From positions 288,001-352,000 of the forward strand of contig CBDBBI010000010.1 in the NCBI GenBank assembly GCA_965202625.1: a stretch of DNA of 64,000 bases, in the 5' to 3' direction. The notes under the pieces were generated by a model that made no database searches, was not told the DNA's origin, and saw only the letters and a program-made list of their open reading frames with translations. This document shows positions 1 to 13,396 of the stretch, piece by piece (position 1 is the first letter of the stretch; every line of letters starts with the position of its first letter). Origin of the DNA: a bacterium. GTDB lineage: Bacteria > UBA8248. The translations under genes and the position numbers were made by a program.

Positions 1-406
1 TCGCCCTTGGCGGCCGTGTGGGGTGCGCGGGCGACAATCACCCCAATCTATCAAGGTCTGCCGTGAAGTTCCACTGAAATTCCCCCCCCCAGAGATGCAA
101 AAATTTTTCGGCAGGCTAGCGTTGAGGACGAGGACATGGTATTCAAGGAAGAAGATGTCGTTCATTTAGACCTCCTCTTTTTGGCGTTCTGTTGGTTTCA
201 TCTGTTCCGAGGCGTCGGCGTAGTAGTAGAGAAGGTGAGGGGGATGAAACTTGCTTTCATTAGTGATGCATGTTTCTGCCCGAAACCTCTTTGGGGGCAT
301 GGGGCGGTCGTTTCGCTCTTTGGAGAGACTTGTGACTCTAAATTTTCTCGTATTCTGCTTAAAGAGCGAGCATGTTTTGTGTGACAAAACCTGAGGGGAG
401 CACTGA

Positions 407-2620
<2,214 letters not shown>

Positions 2621-2627
2621 GCGCGTC

Positions 2628-3793
2628 ATGCGAACGATAGACTTGAATGGGGGGACGGCTAGCCTTGGAGAGATATCCATTGAGTCGATCTATCACGCCG
2701 ACCTCCGCTACGTGGAGAAGATTGAGGAGGCGAAGTGCGGAGAAACTTCGTCACTCGGTCTTATGGTGCTCGATCAGATAACACGCCCGTGATCACCCAC
2801 TATGGTGTCGTCTCCAAGGGAACGGAGCCGATAACATGAGTATGGCCGCGCGTATGCTCAAACCCTCCGATGGCCGGAAGGTTGTCATCCGGGCGGGCGT
2901 CGACCGCGTTTTCGAGTCGGGGGGGGAATCCATGTCCCCCCGTTTTGCTGGGTGTCGGTCTCGGAGGTTCCATTGAGAAGATGGCGCTGCAAGCCAAATG
3001 GGTGCTGTTTCGGGAACTGGGCGCGCCGAACCTCGACCCTCCCGTTGCCGAACTAGAGGGCGACATTCTCGATGTGGTCAACAGGACGGGCGTGGGGCCA
3101 ATCCGTATGGGCGGCGAGACCACTTGCGTCGCCGTACATGTCGAGACCTACACCTGCCACATCGGGGCGTTGCCGATTTGTGTGAACGTGGAGTGTCACG
3201 CGCATCGCCACACACCGAAGCGGTGCGCTGAATGCGGGCACTCGACCTGCCGCTCAAACATGAAGTGGTGGCGTCCCTCCAGATGTGCGAGTTGAGCGGC
3301 GTTCTCTACATGACGCGCAACGCTGCGCACAAACGTATGATAGAGGGGGCGGCCCGCGGAGAGTCCCTACCTATTGAAGTGGCGGGCCAGGTAATCTTCT
3401 ACGTGGGGCTGACACCATCGAAGCCCGGACAGATCATCCGCTCAGCGGGGCCCACGACGAGCGGTTGCATGTGCGGATATACCCCAAAATGCAGGAGCTT
3501 GGCCTCACTGAAATGATAGGTAGGGGGGAACAGAAACCAGGCGGTGGTGGAGGCCATTGCGCGCCGCCGCTCCGTGTATTTCGTCGCCGCCGTCGACGCG
3601 ACGGCCGCCCTGCTGGCGGAGCGTGTCAGGGAGGTCGAGCTGGTCGCGTATGGAGAAATTGGGAACCGAGGCGATCCGCCGGCTGGTGGTCGAGAAACTT
3701 CCTGTGGTGGTCGCCGTGGGCGCGATATTTTTGCAGAGGGCTTCAAGGCGTTTTCGAAAAAAGAGGTGTGAACAGAGGGAAACCCGGCTCTGA
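2628..3793 (+). pseudogene. degraded two-subunit class I (Fe-S) fumarate hydratase, alpha and beta subunits
   Basis: Fragments in shifting frames: GGNPCPPVLLGVGLGG, GVGP..MGGETT, CHIGALPICVNVECHAHRH (alpha); AAHKRM, IFYVG.TP..PGQII.SAGPTTS, GTEAIRRL (beta). Stops, frameshifts and a large alpha deletion; lies between mdh and sucC. Confidence 0.88.
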
Positions 3794-3839
3794 TTTTCGA
3801 TGGAGCATTCATTTTTCTCGTCAACCCTGGGGAGGTTGA

Positions 3840-5000
3840 ATGAACATCCATGAGTATCAAGGCAAGGAGTTGCTCAGAAAATACGGCGTGCCCGTTCCGA
3901 GGGGTGGTGTCGCCGAAACTGCGGACGAGGCGGAGCGCATCGCCGCCGACTTGGGAGGAGCTGTGGTCGTCAAGGCGCAGATCCACGCCGGCGGACGCGG
4001 TAAGGGTGGCGGCGTCAAACTAGCGAATACGCCGGCGCAGGCGCGGAAGACGGCCTCTCAGATTCTGGGCATGACGCTGGTGACGCACCAGACGGGGCCG
4101 GAGGGTCGCCTGGTCAAGAAGGTATGGGTGGAGGAGGCGAGTGAGATCGAGCGCGAGCTCTACCTCGGCATTGTTTTGGATCGAGCCATGGCCCGCCCCA
4201 CCATCATGGCGAGCACCGTGGGCGGAATGGATATTGAGGAGGTGGCCAGAAAAACGCCCGAGAAGCTCCTTAAAACGCCTATTGACCCGGCGCTCTCCGT
4301 CTGGCCCTCGACGGCGCGTCGCGTCGTCTATGGGTTGGGTTTGCCCGATGGCCTCGTTCGGGAGGGCGTTGCGTTCGTTTCAAATCTCTACAGGTTCTAC
4401 GATGAGATGGACGCTTCCCTCGTTGAGGTCAACCCCCTAGTGCAGACGAAGGACGGACGCCTCGTGGCGCTGGATGCCAAGGTGAATTTTGACGACAACG
4501 CCCTCTACCGACACGAGGACGTGGCCGCGATGCGTGACGAGGACGAGGAGGACCCGCTCGAGGTCGAGGCGTCTCGTTTCGACTTGAACTACATCAAGCT
4601 TGACGGATCGGTCGCCTGTATGGTGAACGGGGCGGGTCTCGCCATGGCGACGATGGACATCATCAATCTCGCCGGTGCCGCGCCCGCGAATTTCCTCGAC
4701 GTGGGCGGCGGAGCGAGTAGGGAGATGGTGGAGAACGCTTTCCGCATTCTCATGGATGATCCGGACGTGAAGGCCGTCTTCATCAACATCTTTGGAGGCA
4801 TCCTGCGTTGCGACGTTCTGGCCGAGGGCGTCGTGGAGGCGGTCAAGAGCGTGAACGTGAACGTGCCCGTCATCATACGCATGGAGGGGACGAACGTAGA
4901 GAAGGGGCGCGAGATACTCGAAGGCTCGGGTCTTGATTTCACTGTGGGCAATGACATGGCCGATTCCGCCGAGAAGGTGGTCGCGGCCCTTAAACGCTAG
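3840..5000 (+). CDS. sucC: succinyl-CoA synthetase beta subunit
   Basis: [38 protein letters not shown] and NIFGGI motifs. Confidence 0.98.
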   Translation: MNIHEYQGKELLRKYGVPVPRGGVAETADEAERIAADLGGAVVVKAQIHAGGRGKGGGVKLANTPAQARKTASQILGMTLVTHQTGPEGRLVKKVWVEEASEIERELYLGIVLDRAMARPTIMASTVGGMDIEEVARKTPEKLLKTPIDPALSVWPSTARRVVYGLGLPDGLVREGVAFVSNLYRFYDEMDASLVEVNPLVQTKDGRLVALDAKVNFDDNALYRHEDVAAMRDEDEEDPLEVEASRFDLNYIKLDGSVACMVNGAGLAMATMDIINLAGAAPANFLDVGGGASREMVENAFRILMDDPDVKAVFINIFGGILRCDVLAEGVVEAVKSVNVNVPVIIRMEGTNVEKGREILEGSGLDFTVGNDMADSAEKVVAALKR

Positions 5001-5005
5001 GGGGC

Positions 5006-5908
5006 GTGGGTTTGGGTATTTTAGTGGACAGGGAAACGCGCATCCTCGTGCAGGGCATGACCGGGCGCGAGGGAGGTTTTCACGCTGCGCAGTGCCAGAA
5101 ATACAGTCGAGAGTTCGCGGGCGGGGGTGGTGGCGTGGTGGCCGGCGTGACGCCCGGCAAAGGGGGACAGGAGGTGCAGGGCGTGCCTGTGTTTCACACG
5201 GTAGCCGACGCGGTGGACGCGACGGGGGCGAACACCGCGCTCATCTTCGTGCCGCCTCCCTTCGCGGCGGACGCCATCGTGGAGGCCGTGGACGCCGGAG
5301 TTCCGCTTGTGGTGTGTATCACTGAGGGTATCCCTGTGCGCGACATGGTGTACGTCAAGCGTCATATGGAGGGGGGCGGTGCCGTCCTTATCGGTCCCAA
5401 CTGTCCCGGCATCATCACCCCCGGCGGCTGTAAGATGGGCATCATGCCGGGCCATATTCACCGAGAAGGCTCTATCGGCGTTATTTCGAAGAGCGGTACG
5501 CTCACCTATGAGGTGGTCGCTCAGCTCACGGCGCAGGGACTCGGACAAAGCACCTGCGTGGGCATCGGCGGCGACCCCGTCATCGGCGCGACCTACGTCG
5601 ATCTGCTACGCAGGTTCGAAGCCGACCCCGTCACGGAGGCCATCATCATGATAGGGGAGATCGGCGGCTCCGCCGAGCAGGACGCGGCGCGGTGGGCGAG
5701 GGAGAACGTCTGTAAGCCCCTGGTGGGCTTCGTCGCGGGGCAGACGGCGCCTCCGGGCCGGCGCATGGGCCATGCTGGCGCGATCATCTCAGGCGGAGAG
5801 GGCGCGGCGGACGAGAAGATGCGGGTCATGGCTGAATGCGGTGTTCACGTCGCTGAAAGCCCAGCCGACATGGGACTTACTATGTCCCGGGCGCTCGGCC
5901 GGACCTAG
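5006..5908 (+). CDS. sucD: succinyl-CoA synthetase alpha subunit
   Basis: [30 protein letters not shown] and RMGHAGA motifs; start may be TTG 5012. Confidence 0.97.
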   Translation: MGLGILVDRETRILVQGMTGREGGFHAAQCQKYSREFAGGGGGVVAGVTPGKGGQEVQGVPVFHTVADAVDATGANTALIFVPPPFAADAIVEAVDAGVPLVVCITEGIPVRDMVYVKRHMEGGGAVLIGPNCPGIITPGGCKMGIMPGHIHREGSIGVISKSGTLTYEVVAQLTAQGLGQSTCVGIGGDPVIGATYVDLLRRFEADPVTEAIIMIGEIGGSAEQDAARWARENVCKPLVGFVAGQTAPPGRRMGHAGAIISGGEGAADEKMRVMAECGVHVAESPADMGLTMSRALGRT

Positions 5909-5949
5909 CGACCACACAGCTAGCCGATCACACAGGAGAAGGAAACGCC

Positions 5950-6372
5950 ATGGAGCGTACATTCGCGATGATTAAGCCCGACGCCGCCGAGCGCGGCCTT
6001 TGCGGCAGGATTCTGGCGCGCATTGAGGAGGAGGGTTTTGGGGTTGTGGGTATGAAACTCGTGCGCATGTCGAAAGACCAGGCCGAGGGTTTCTACGCGG
6101 TGCACAGGGAGCGCCCCTTCTTTGGCGATCTCACGGTGTTCATGTCCTCGGGCCGGACCGTGGTGCTCGCCCTTGAGCGTGAGGACGCCATCCGGCGTTG
6201 GCGCGAGGTCATGGGCGCGACGAACCCTTCGGAAGCCGCGCCAGGAACGATTCGCGCGGAATTCGGCGAGAGCATCGAGTGCAACTCCACGCACGGCTCC
6301 GATGCGCCCGCCGCCGCCGCCTTTGAACTCGCCTTTTGGTTTTCGGGCGCGGAGCTGCCCGCGCTTCGGTGA
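5950..6372 (+). CDS. ndk: nucleoside diphosphate kinase
   Basis: [22 protein letters not shown] and HGSD motifs; AGGAG RBS. Confidence 0.97.
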   Translation: MERTFAMIKPDAAERGLCGRILARIEEEGFGVVGMKLVRMSKDQAEGFYAVHRERPFFGDLTVFMSSGRTVVLALEREDAIRRWREVMGATNPSEAAPGTIRAEFGESIECNSTHGSDAPAAAAFELAFWFSGAELPALR

Positions 6373-6409
6373 GTGTCCATCCGTTGCGATTCCAGGGAGA
6401 AGCCTGAAA

Positions 6410-7183
6410 ATGCGCTTGAGGGAGAAAGTCGCCATCGTCACCGGAGCAGGGCAGGGAATCGGAAAAGCCATCGCCCTAGCGTTCGCGCGCGAGGGTGCCA
6501 GAGTCGCGCTCGCTGCGCGGACGCTTGAGAACCTGGAGGATACAGCCGCGCGAATGCTAGACGGCGCCTCCCTCGTCGTTCCCACTGATCTCACGGACGA
6601 GACTGCGATTCAAAACCTCGTGGAGAGGACGCGTGCCGAATTCGGAACGATCGACATCCTCGTGAACAACTCCGGCGTCGCCGGCCCCACGAAGGCGTGT
6701 GAGGACGTCTCGCGAGAGGAGTGGATTGAATGCTTCGAGGTTAACGTCACCGGCGCCTTTTTGATGACGAAATACGTCATTCCCGTGATGAAGGAGAGAA
6801 GGTGGGGGCGCATCCTCAATATCAGTTCGATGAGCGGCAAGCGTCCGTTGCCGAATCGGACTCCCTATACGGCTTCGAAAATGGCGATCATCGGTTTGAC
6901 GCGCACCCTCGCATTTGAACTCGGCCCATACGGAATCACAGTGAACGCGGTTTGCCCCGGCGCCACCTCCGGCCCGAGAATTGACAGCGTCATCGAGAAC
7001 ATGGCGCGGAGTTTCGGGACCACGTTCGAGGAGGCGAAGAAGACGTTCACAGAGCCAGGTGCCCTGCAGACGCTTGTGGACGCAGAGGATCACGCCGCCC
7101 TGTGCGTGTTTCTGGCTTCAGAGGGGGGGGGGCGTATGACCGCCCAGGACATCAACGTGACGGGCGGGCTCGTCTGGTATTAG
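6410..7183 (+). CDS. short-chain dehydrogenase/reductase (SDR)
   Basis: [20 protein letters not shown] (YxxxK) and VNAVCPG motifs; start moved to ATG 6410 after GGGAG. Confidence 0.93.
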   Translation: MRLREKVAIVTGAGQGIGKAIALAFAREGARVALAARTLENLEDTAARMLDGASLVVPTDLTDETAIQNLVERTRAEFGTIDILVNNSGVAGPTKACEDVSREEWIECFEVNVTGAFLMTKYVIPVMKERRWGRILNISSMSGKRPLPNRTPYTASKMAIIGLTRTLAFELGPYGITVNAVCPGATSGPRIDSVIENMARSFGTTFEEAKKTFTEPGALQTLVDAEDHAALCVFLASEGGGRMTAQDINVTGGLVWY

Positions 7184-7310
7184 GAATGACCGTCGCCTCG
7201 CCCTTCTTGCAAGGCGGCGTTGCGATTCGCCCAACTCGTTTTCTGCGTACAAAGGAGTGGCGGGTTTCACGTGGGGAAAGGACGAACGGCGTCGCGCGCC
7301 GGAAGAATAT

Positions 7311-10121
7311 ATGTCGTCTCTGAATGGTAGTACGAGGCGGGAGAGAAAAATTCGCGTCCGGGGTGCGCGCGAGCACAACCTCAAGAACTTGAACCTCGAG
7401 ATGCCGCGCGAGAAGCTCATCGTCATCACGGGACTGAGCGGGTCAGGGAAGAGCTCCCTCGCCTTCGACACTCTCTATGGTGAGGGTCAGCGCAGATACG
7501 TCGAATCCCTCTCCGCCTACGCGCGGCAGTTCATCGATCAGATCGGTAAGCCCGACGTAGATTCGATTGAGGGTCTTTCCCCCACCATCGCGATTGAGCA
7601 AAAGACGGTGAGTAAGAACCCGCGCTCCACCGTCGGCACGGTCACGGAGACTTACGATCATCTACGGCTTCTCTACGCGCGCCTGGGGCTGCCGCACTGT
7701 CCTTCGTGCGGACAATCGATGAACGCGCTCAACGTAGAGCAGATGGTGAGCCGCGCGATGGGTCTGGGGCCGGGAAAGAAGTTGGAAATTCTCGCCCCCA
7801 TCGTGCGGGGCCGCAAGGGGATATACCGCAGAGAGCTCGAGGACCTGGAGCGCAAGGGATATTTAAGGGTGCGGGTGGACGGCGATTTTTTCAGGCTCGG
7901 CGAGGATATTCCGCTCAAGCGCCATATGACCCATAACATTGAGGCGGCGGTTGATCACGTCGTCCTGCGATCAGGCGTGGAAAGGCGCCTTGGCGAATCT
8001 ATTCAGGCGGCGCTCGGCCTTGCGAGAGGTTTGGTCATTCTCCTAGGGGATGACGGCGCCGAGTATCTCTTCAGCGAGGAGTGCGCCTGTGCGAGGTGCG
8101 GCGTGACCGTTCCCGAGATGGCCCCGCGCATGTTCTCCTTTAATAGTCCCTACGGCTCGTGTCCGGAGTGCGACGGTCTTGGCGTGGTTCGCCGGATGGA
8201 CGAGGCGAAGATCGTTCCCGATCCGCATTGCACGTTGGATGAGGGTGCCATCGTCCCGCTCGCGGGGAAGAGGGGTTTTCTGGTTTCCGCTGTGCGCGCG
8301 TTTATGAAGGCGGAGAAGATTCCCGGGGACAGACCTTATGCGAAGCTATCGAAAAGACACAAGAAACTCCTGCTCTACGGGAAGGGGCGCGCGCGGGAGC
8401 GCGCCTTTCCTGGAATCGTGCCTGCTCTCGCCGAGCGGGCGGAGAATACGGCGAGCGGTGGACATAGGGCGGAGCTGGAAAAATACATGAGTGGCATGCC
8501 CTGCCAGGCTTGCGGGGGGGGGCGTTTGAAACCGGAGAGCCTCGCCGTGACCTATGGCGGCAAGAGCATCGCGGATGTCGCCGCGATGAGTGTCAAGGAC
8601 GCGCGCGCCTTTTTCGAAGGGCAAAACCGTGCAGACGGGAATGACCCCGTGGCGGAGCGAATTTTGGGGGAAATCCTCAGCCGGCTCGAGTTTCTAGAAA
8701 ACGTGGGGCTGAACTATCTGACGCTTGACAGGCCCTCCGCCACGCTCGCCGGAGGTGAGGGCCAGCGTATTAGGCTGGCAAGTCAGATGGGCACCAGCCT
8801 TGTGGGTGTCCTCTACGTGCTCGATGAACCGAGCATCGGCCTGCATCAGCGCGATAATCGTCGTCTTCTCGATACTCTGCGTCGACTCCGTGACATGGGC
8901 AACACGATCATCGTGGTCGAGCACGACAGAGAGACCATCGAATCGGCGGACTACGTGTTGGATCTGGGGCCCGGCGCGGGCGAGAGTGGCGGATACCTCG
9001 TGGCCTGCGGCGCGCCCGACGATATTCGTTCGACGCCGGGTTCGCTGACGGGGCGCTACTTGACCGGCGCGGTCGAGATCTCCCCCCCGATCCGACGGCG
9101 TGTGTCCAACGACCAGCGTATCCTCATTCGAGGGGCGCGGCAGCACAACCTGAAAAACGTGGATGTGGGTTTTCCGCTCGGTTTGTTGATATGCGTTACC
9201 GGCGTGAGCGGTAGCGGCAAGAGTACCTTAGTGGACGAGATTCTCTATCGTGCGCTCTCCCGGCGGATATATCGCTCGCTCGCCGCGCCTGGAGCGCACG
9301 AATCTATTGAGGGGGCGGACCTCGTCGACAAGGTCATTGCCATCGATCAGTCTCCCATTGGACGAACGCCCAGGAGCAATCCGGCGACCTACGCCGGCGT
9401 GTTCTCCCCCATCCGGAGCCTTTTCGCGCAGGTGCCCGAGGCGAGAAAGCGCGGCTATGCGCCCGGTCGCTTCAGTTTCAACGTGCGGGGGGGGCGTTGC
9501 GAGACTTGCCAGGGGGACGGTTATATTCGTTTGGAGATGCATTTTTTACCTGATTTGTTCGTGTGTTGCTCGGAATGCCTGGGCAGGCGCTTCAATCGAG
9601 ACACGCTGGACGTCCGCTACAAGGGCCGAAACGTCGCCGAGACGCTGGAGATGACGGTGGACGAGGCGTTGGCGTTCTTCGAGAACATCAATACCGTGCG
9701 CTGGAAGATGAAAACGCTCCAGGACGTCGGACTGGGCTATCTGCGCCTGGGCCAGTCCGCCACGACCCTGAGCGGAGGGGAGGCGCAGCGAATCAAACTC
9801 GCAAGGGAGCTCGCCAAAAGAGCCACTGGCAGGACAGTCTACATTCTCGATGAGCCGACGACGGGCTTACATTTCGCCGATATTGAAAACTTGCTGGGCG
9901 TCCTGCATCGTCTGGTCGAGGAGGGCAACACCGTGGTCGTCATCGAGCACAACCTCGACGTCATTAAATCGGCCGACCACATCATTGATTTGGGTCCTGG
10001 GGGTGGGGAGGAAGGCGGATACCTGATCGCCGAGGGCCCGCCTGAACGCATCGCTGAAATCGAGGCCTCTGCGACGGGCGTTTCCTTGCGCGAGGCGCTG
10101 AACGGCGTGCCTTCCGGCTAG
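7311..10121 (+). CDS. uvrA: excinuclease ABC subunit A
   Basis: GAREHNLKN, two Walker A motifs ([16 protein letters not shown]), zinc fingers, LDEPSIGLH and LDEPTTGLH; start approximate. Confidence 0.98.
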   Translation: MSSLNGSTRRERKIRVRGAREHNLKNLNLEMPREKLIVITGLSGSGKSSLAFDTLYGEGQRRYVESLSAYARQFIDQIGKPDVDSIEGLSPTIAIEQKTVSKNPRSTVGTVTETYDHLRLLYARLGLPHCPSCGQSMNALNVEQMVSRAMGLGPGKKLEILAPIVRGRKGIYRRELEDLERKGYLRVRVDGDFFRLGEDIPLKRHMTHNIEAAVDHVVLRSGVERRLGESIQAALGLARGLVILLGDDGAEYLFSEECACARCGVTVPEMAPRMFSFNSPYGSCPECDGLGVVRRMDEAKIVPDPHCTLDEGAIVPLAGKRGFLVSAVRAFMKAEKIPGDRPYAKLSKRHKKLLLYGKGRARERAFPGIVPALAERAENTASGGHRAELEKYMSGMPCQACGGGRLKPESLAVTYGGKSIADVAAMSVKDARAFFEGQNRADGNDPVAERILGEILSRLEFLENVGLNYLTLDRPSATLAGGEGQRIRLASQMGTSLVGVLYVLDEPSIGLHQRDNRRLLDTLRRLRDMGNTIIVVEHDRETIESADYVLDLGPGAGESGGYLVACGAPDDIRSTPGSLTGRYLTGAVEISPPIRRRVSNDQRILIRGARQHNLKNVDVGFPLGLLICVTGVSGSGKSTLVDEILYRALSRRIYRSLAAPGAHESIEGADLVDKVIAIDQSPIGRTPRSNPATYAGVFSPIRSLFAQVPEARKRGYAPGRFSFNVRGGRCETCQGDGYIRLEMHFLPDLFVCCSECLGRRFNRDTLDVRYKGRNVAETLEMTVDEALAFFENINTVRWKMKTLQDVGLGYLRLGQSATTLSGGEAQRIKLARELAKRATGRTVYILDEPTTGLHFADIENLLGVLHRLVEEGNTVVVIEHNLDVIKSADHIIDLGPGGGEEGGYLIAEGPPERIAEIEASATGVSLREALNGVPSG

Positions 10122-10133
10122 CCGTCTCCGCCC

Positions 10134-10937
10134 ATGGACTCCTTGAAGTCCCGTTGCCTCGTCATCTGGATAGAGTACGAGGGTGGGAATTTTCACGGCT
10201 GGCAGGTCCAGCCCGGCCAGAGAACCGTGCAGGGCGAGATAGAGGGTGCGCTCACGCAGATGTGCGGAGAGGCGATACGGATCGTCGGCTCGGGCCGCAC
10301 CGACACCGGCGTCCACGCCTGGGGACAGGTGGCCCACTTCCACACCGCTTCGCAAATCGCGCCCTCCAGAGTGAGAATCGGCCTCAACGCCATGATAGGC
10401 GCAGATGTTTCCATTCTGGATTGTAGGGAGGCGCCCGGCCGTTTTCACGCCCAGTTTGACGCTCTCCGAAAGACGTATCACTACCGGGTGCTCAACCGTC
10501 GCTCTCCCAGTGCTATGCGCCGTCGCTACACCTGGCACGTCCGCAGGCGTCTCGATGTGGAAGCCATGCGGCAGGCGGCGGAAATTCTGAAGGGTGAGCA
10601 CGATTTCGCTAGCTTTTGCCGGGAGAAGGGGAGGCCCGACGACACCGTCCGCCGCCTTGAGCGTCTGGACGTGGAGCGCTTGGACGATGAGGTGGTGATC
10701 GAGGCGACGGCGGAAGGGTTCTTGCGCCGCATGGTGAGAAACCTGGTGGGCGCCCTGGTGGAGGTGGGCCGTGGAGAGCGCGCGGCGGATTCGATGCGCG
10801 CGATGCTCGCCGGCAAGCACCGGAGCTTGGCGGGCATCGCCGCCCCACCCCAGGGACTGGCACTGGTTTGCGTGGAGTATGGGGAGAAGTTGCCGCCGAG
10901 CGACGCTCCGGGGCCGGAGCAGCCCCCGAATGCTTGA
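10134..10937 (+). CDS. truA: tRNA pseudouridine(38-40) synthase
   Basis: GWQVQ, GSGRTDTGVHA, GEHDFASF and FLRRMVR motifs. Confidence 0.96.
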   Translation: MDSLKSRCLVIWIEYEGGNFHGWQVQPGQRTVQGEIEGALTQMCGEAIRIVGSGRTDTGVHAWGQVAHFHTASQIAPSRVRIGLNAMIGADVSILDCREAPGRFHAQFDALRKTYHYRVLNRRSPSAMRRRYTWHVRRRLDVEAMRQAAEILKGEHDFASFCREKGRPDDTVRRLERLDVERLDDEVVIEATAEGFLRRMVRNLVGALVEVGRGERAADSMRAMLAGKHRSLAGIAAPPQGLALVCVEYGEKLPPSDAPGPEQPPNA

Positions 10938-10963
10938 CGGCTTCTCAAAAAATGGTCTATGGT
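10934..10963 (+). promoter_or_regulatory. putative sigma70 promoter of the trp leader
   Basis: TTGACG (10934-10939), 18 nt spacer, TATGGT (10958-10963); overlaps the truA stop codon. Confidence 0.55.
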
Positions 10964-11005
10964 GAGAGTAAGTATATGTGGGAGAGATTAGCGGGAGGGA
11001 TCGAG

Positions 11006-11077
11006 ATGAGCGCGCATGAAAAAGATACGGAGGTTTGGCCTTGGCGACTTCCCGTCAAATGGGGGCGCGCGCCATAA
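11006..11077 (+). CDS. trpL: trp operon leader peptide MSAHEKDTEVWPWRLPVKWGRAP (23 aa, 3 Trp)
   Basis: GGGAGGG RBS 6 nt upstream; TGG codons at 11036, 11042 and 11060; double TAA stop; lies upstream of a terminator and trpE. Confidence 0.8.
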   Translation: MSAHEKDTEVWPWRLPVKWGRAP

Positions 11078-11116
11078 TAAGGTCAATCGTCGGAGCGTTT
11101 GGTCATCGAATCCTCT

Positions 11117-11152
11117 GAGCCATGGCGGCCCACCCGGTCCCATGGTTTTTTT
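11117..11152 (+). terminator. trp attenuator intrinsic terminator (3:4 hairpin)
   Basis: GAGCCATGG-C-GGCC/CACCC loop/GGTC-CCATGG followed by T7 (11146-11152). Confidence 0.8.
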
Positions 11153-11204
11153 GCTTTTCGGCCATGGAGGCGAGGCGTCTCCTTAAGAGACGCCTTGAGC
11201 AGAG

Positions 11205-12725
11205 ATGAACGCAGGAAATCATGCGCCAGATAAGGAAGCTTTCCTCGCGCTCGCAGAGCGGGGAAATATTGTGCCCGTCTACCGGGAGATACTGGCCGAT
11301 CTTGATACGCCCGTATCTGCCTACTTGAAAATCGTGGATGCTTCCTATTCCTTTTTGCTCGAAAGCGTCGAGGGTGGGGAGAAATGGGCGCGCTACACCT
11401 TTCTGGGGAGCGAGCCTTCCCTCGTCTTTGAAAGCAAGGGACTGCGCGTGCGCATCACGCGGGAGGGAGAGAGCGAGACGCGCGCCGTGGAGGATCCCAT
11501 TGATGCGTTGAGAGATGTGATGCGGCCCTACCGTCCCGTCGATATTCCTGGCCTGCCGAGGTTTTGGGGAGGGGCCATCGGCTACATGGGGTATGACGCC
11601 GCTCGCTTCATCGAGCGTCTGCCCGAGCGCGCCCATGATGATCTCGAACTGCCCGAGTTGCTGTTCATGGTCACGAAGTCTTTGGTCATATTCGACAGCG
11701 TCGCCCAGAAGATTTATGTCCTTGCCCACGCCCACGTCAGGGATAAGGGTCCCGAATCTGCCTACGAGGAGGCGTGCGCCCGCGTGAACGCTCTCATCGA
11801 GAGGCTGCGGGGGCCTTCCGTCGCCCCGCCGCCTCCGCCCGAGGCCGCGTCCGCCCGAGATGCGGGCGGGCATCCTGTCGAGGAGGTACCGGGGCTTCGT
11901 TCGTCGTTCACGCGCGAGGGTTTCAAGAGGGCGGTCGCTGATGCTGTGGAGCGCATTCACGCAGGCGAGGCGATTCAGATTGTGCTCTCCCAGCGTCTTG
12001 AATGTGCTCTGGACGTACACCCCTTCTCTATCTATCGAGCACTCCGGACGGTCAATCCCTCCCCCTACATGTTCTATCTCAAACTCGGCGAGGTCACCCT
12101 CGTCGGCGCGTCGCCCGAGGTGCTCGTGAGGCTTGAGGGGGAGCGGGTCGAGGTGCGGCCCATCGCCGGAACGCGCCGGAGGGGTGCGGATGAGGCGGAG
12201 GATCTGGTGCTGGCGGACGAGCTTCTCGCTGACGAGAAGGAGCGCGCCGAACACATCATGCTCGTCGATTTGGGACGAAACGACGTCGGTCGCGTTTGTG
12301 AGCGCGGCACGGTTCGGGTCACCGAGCAGATGGTGATAGAGCGCTACTCTCACGTCATGCACATTGTGAGTAACGTGGTGGGGGAGCTGGCCGAGGGCAA
12401 GGATGCCTTCGACGTGCTGCGGGCCGCCTTTCCGGCGGGCACGGTCTCGGGCGCGCCCAAGGTGCGCGCCATGGAGATCATCGATGAAACGGAGCCCGTG
12501 CGCAGGGGACCCTACGCCGGCGCGGTGGGTTATTTCGGTTTCGGCGGTAGCATGGACACCTGCATCGCCATTCGCACGCTCTATGCGCGCGGGGACAGGC
12601 TCTACCTCCAAGTGGGAGCGGGCATCGTGGCCGACTCCAATCCGGATTTTGAATATGAGGAAACTATGAACAAGGCCCGCGGCGCCCTCCGCGCCTTGGA
12701 GGTGGCGCGAAGCGGGCTTCTTTAG
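11205..12725 (+). CDS. trpE: anthranilate synthase component I
   Basis: DLDTPVSAY, FLLESVEGGE, NPSPYMFY, IAGTRRRG, EHIMLVDLGRND and PAGTVSGAPK motifs. Confidence 0.97.
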   Translation: MNAGNHAPDKEAFLALAERGNIVPVYREILADLDTPVSAYLKIVDASYSFLLESVEGGEKWARYTFLGSEPSLVFESKGLRVRITREGESETRAVEDPIDALRDVMRPYRPVDIPGLPRFWGGAIGYMGYDAARFIERLPERAHDDLELPELLFMVTKSLVIFDSVAQKIYVLAHAHVRDKGPESAYEEACARVNALIERLRGPSVAPPPPPEAASARDAGGHPVEEVPGLRSSFTREGFKRAVADAVERIHAGEAIQIVLSQRLECALDVHPFSIYRALRTVNPSPYMFYLKLGEVTLVGASPEVLVRLEGERVEVRPIAGTRRRGADEAEDLVLADELLADEKERAEHIMLVDLGRNDVGRVCERGTVRVTEQMVIERYSHVMHIVSNVVGELAEGKDAFDVLRAAFPAGTVSGAPKVRAMEIIDETEPVRRGPYAGAVGYFGFGGSMDTCIAIRTLYARGDRLYLQVGAGIVADSNPDFEYEETMNKARGALRALEVARSGLL

Positions 12726-12734
12726 CGGGAGCGC

Positions 12735-13325
<591 letters not shown>

Positions 13326-13396
13326 GGGGGGACGTGCGGACGCGGTATGGTGTCGGCGAAATGGATGATCTTACGGCCTGATGAGGGTGTGCGTCC

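Noticed and set aside
374-390. Inverted repeat GTTTTGT-GTG-ACAAAAC upstream of icd as a Rex box
   Set aside because: Does not match TTGTGAA-N4-TTCACAA, and a 7-bp repeat alone cannot be assigned to a regulator.
2628-3793. Programmed frameshifting or stop recoding as an explanation for the broken genes
   Set aside because: Multiple frameshifts, mixed stop types, deletions and substituted conserved residues indicate decay rather than recoding.
7123-7132. G10 tract in the SDR, plus C10 in miaA (27788-27797) and G-runs in uvrA, as phase-variation switches
   Set aside because: All are in frame, encode Gly/Pro runs, and lie in non-surface genes of a GC-rich genome.
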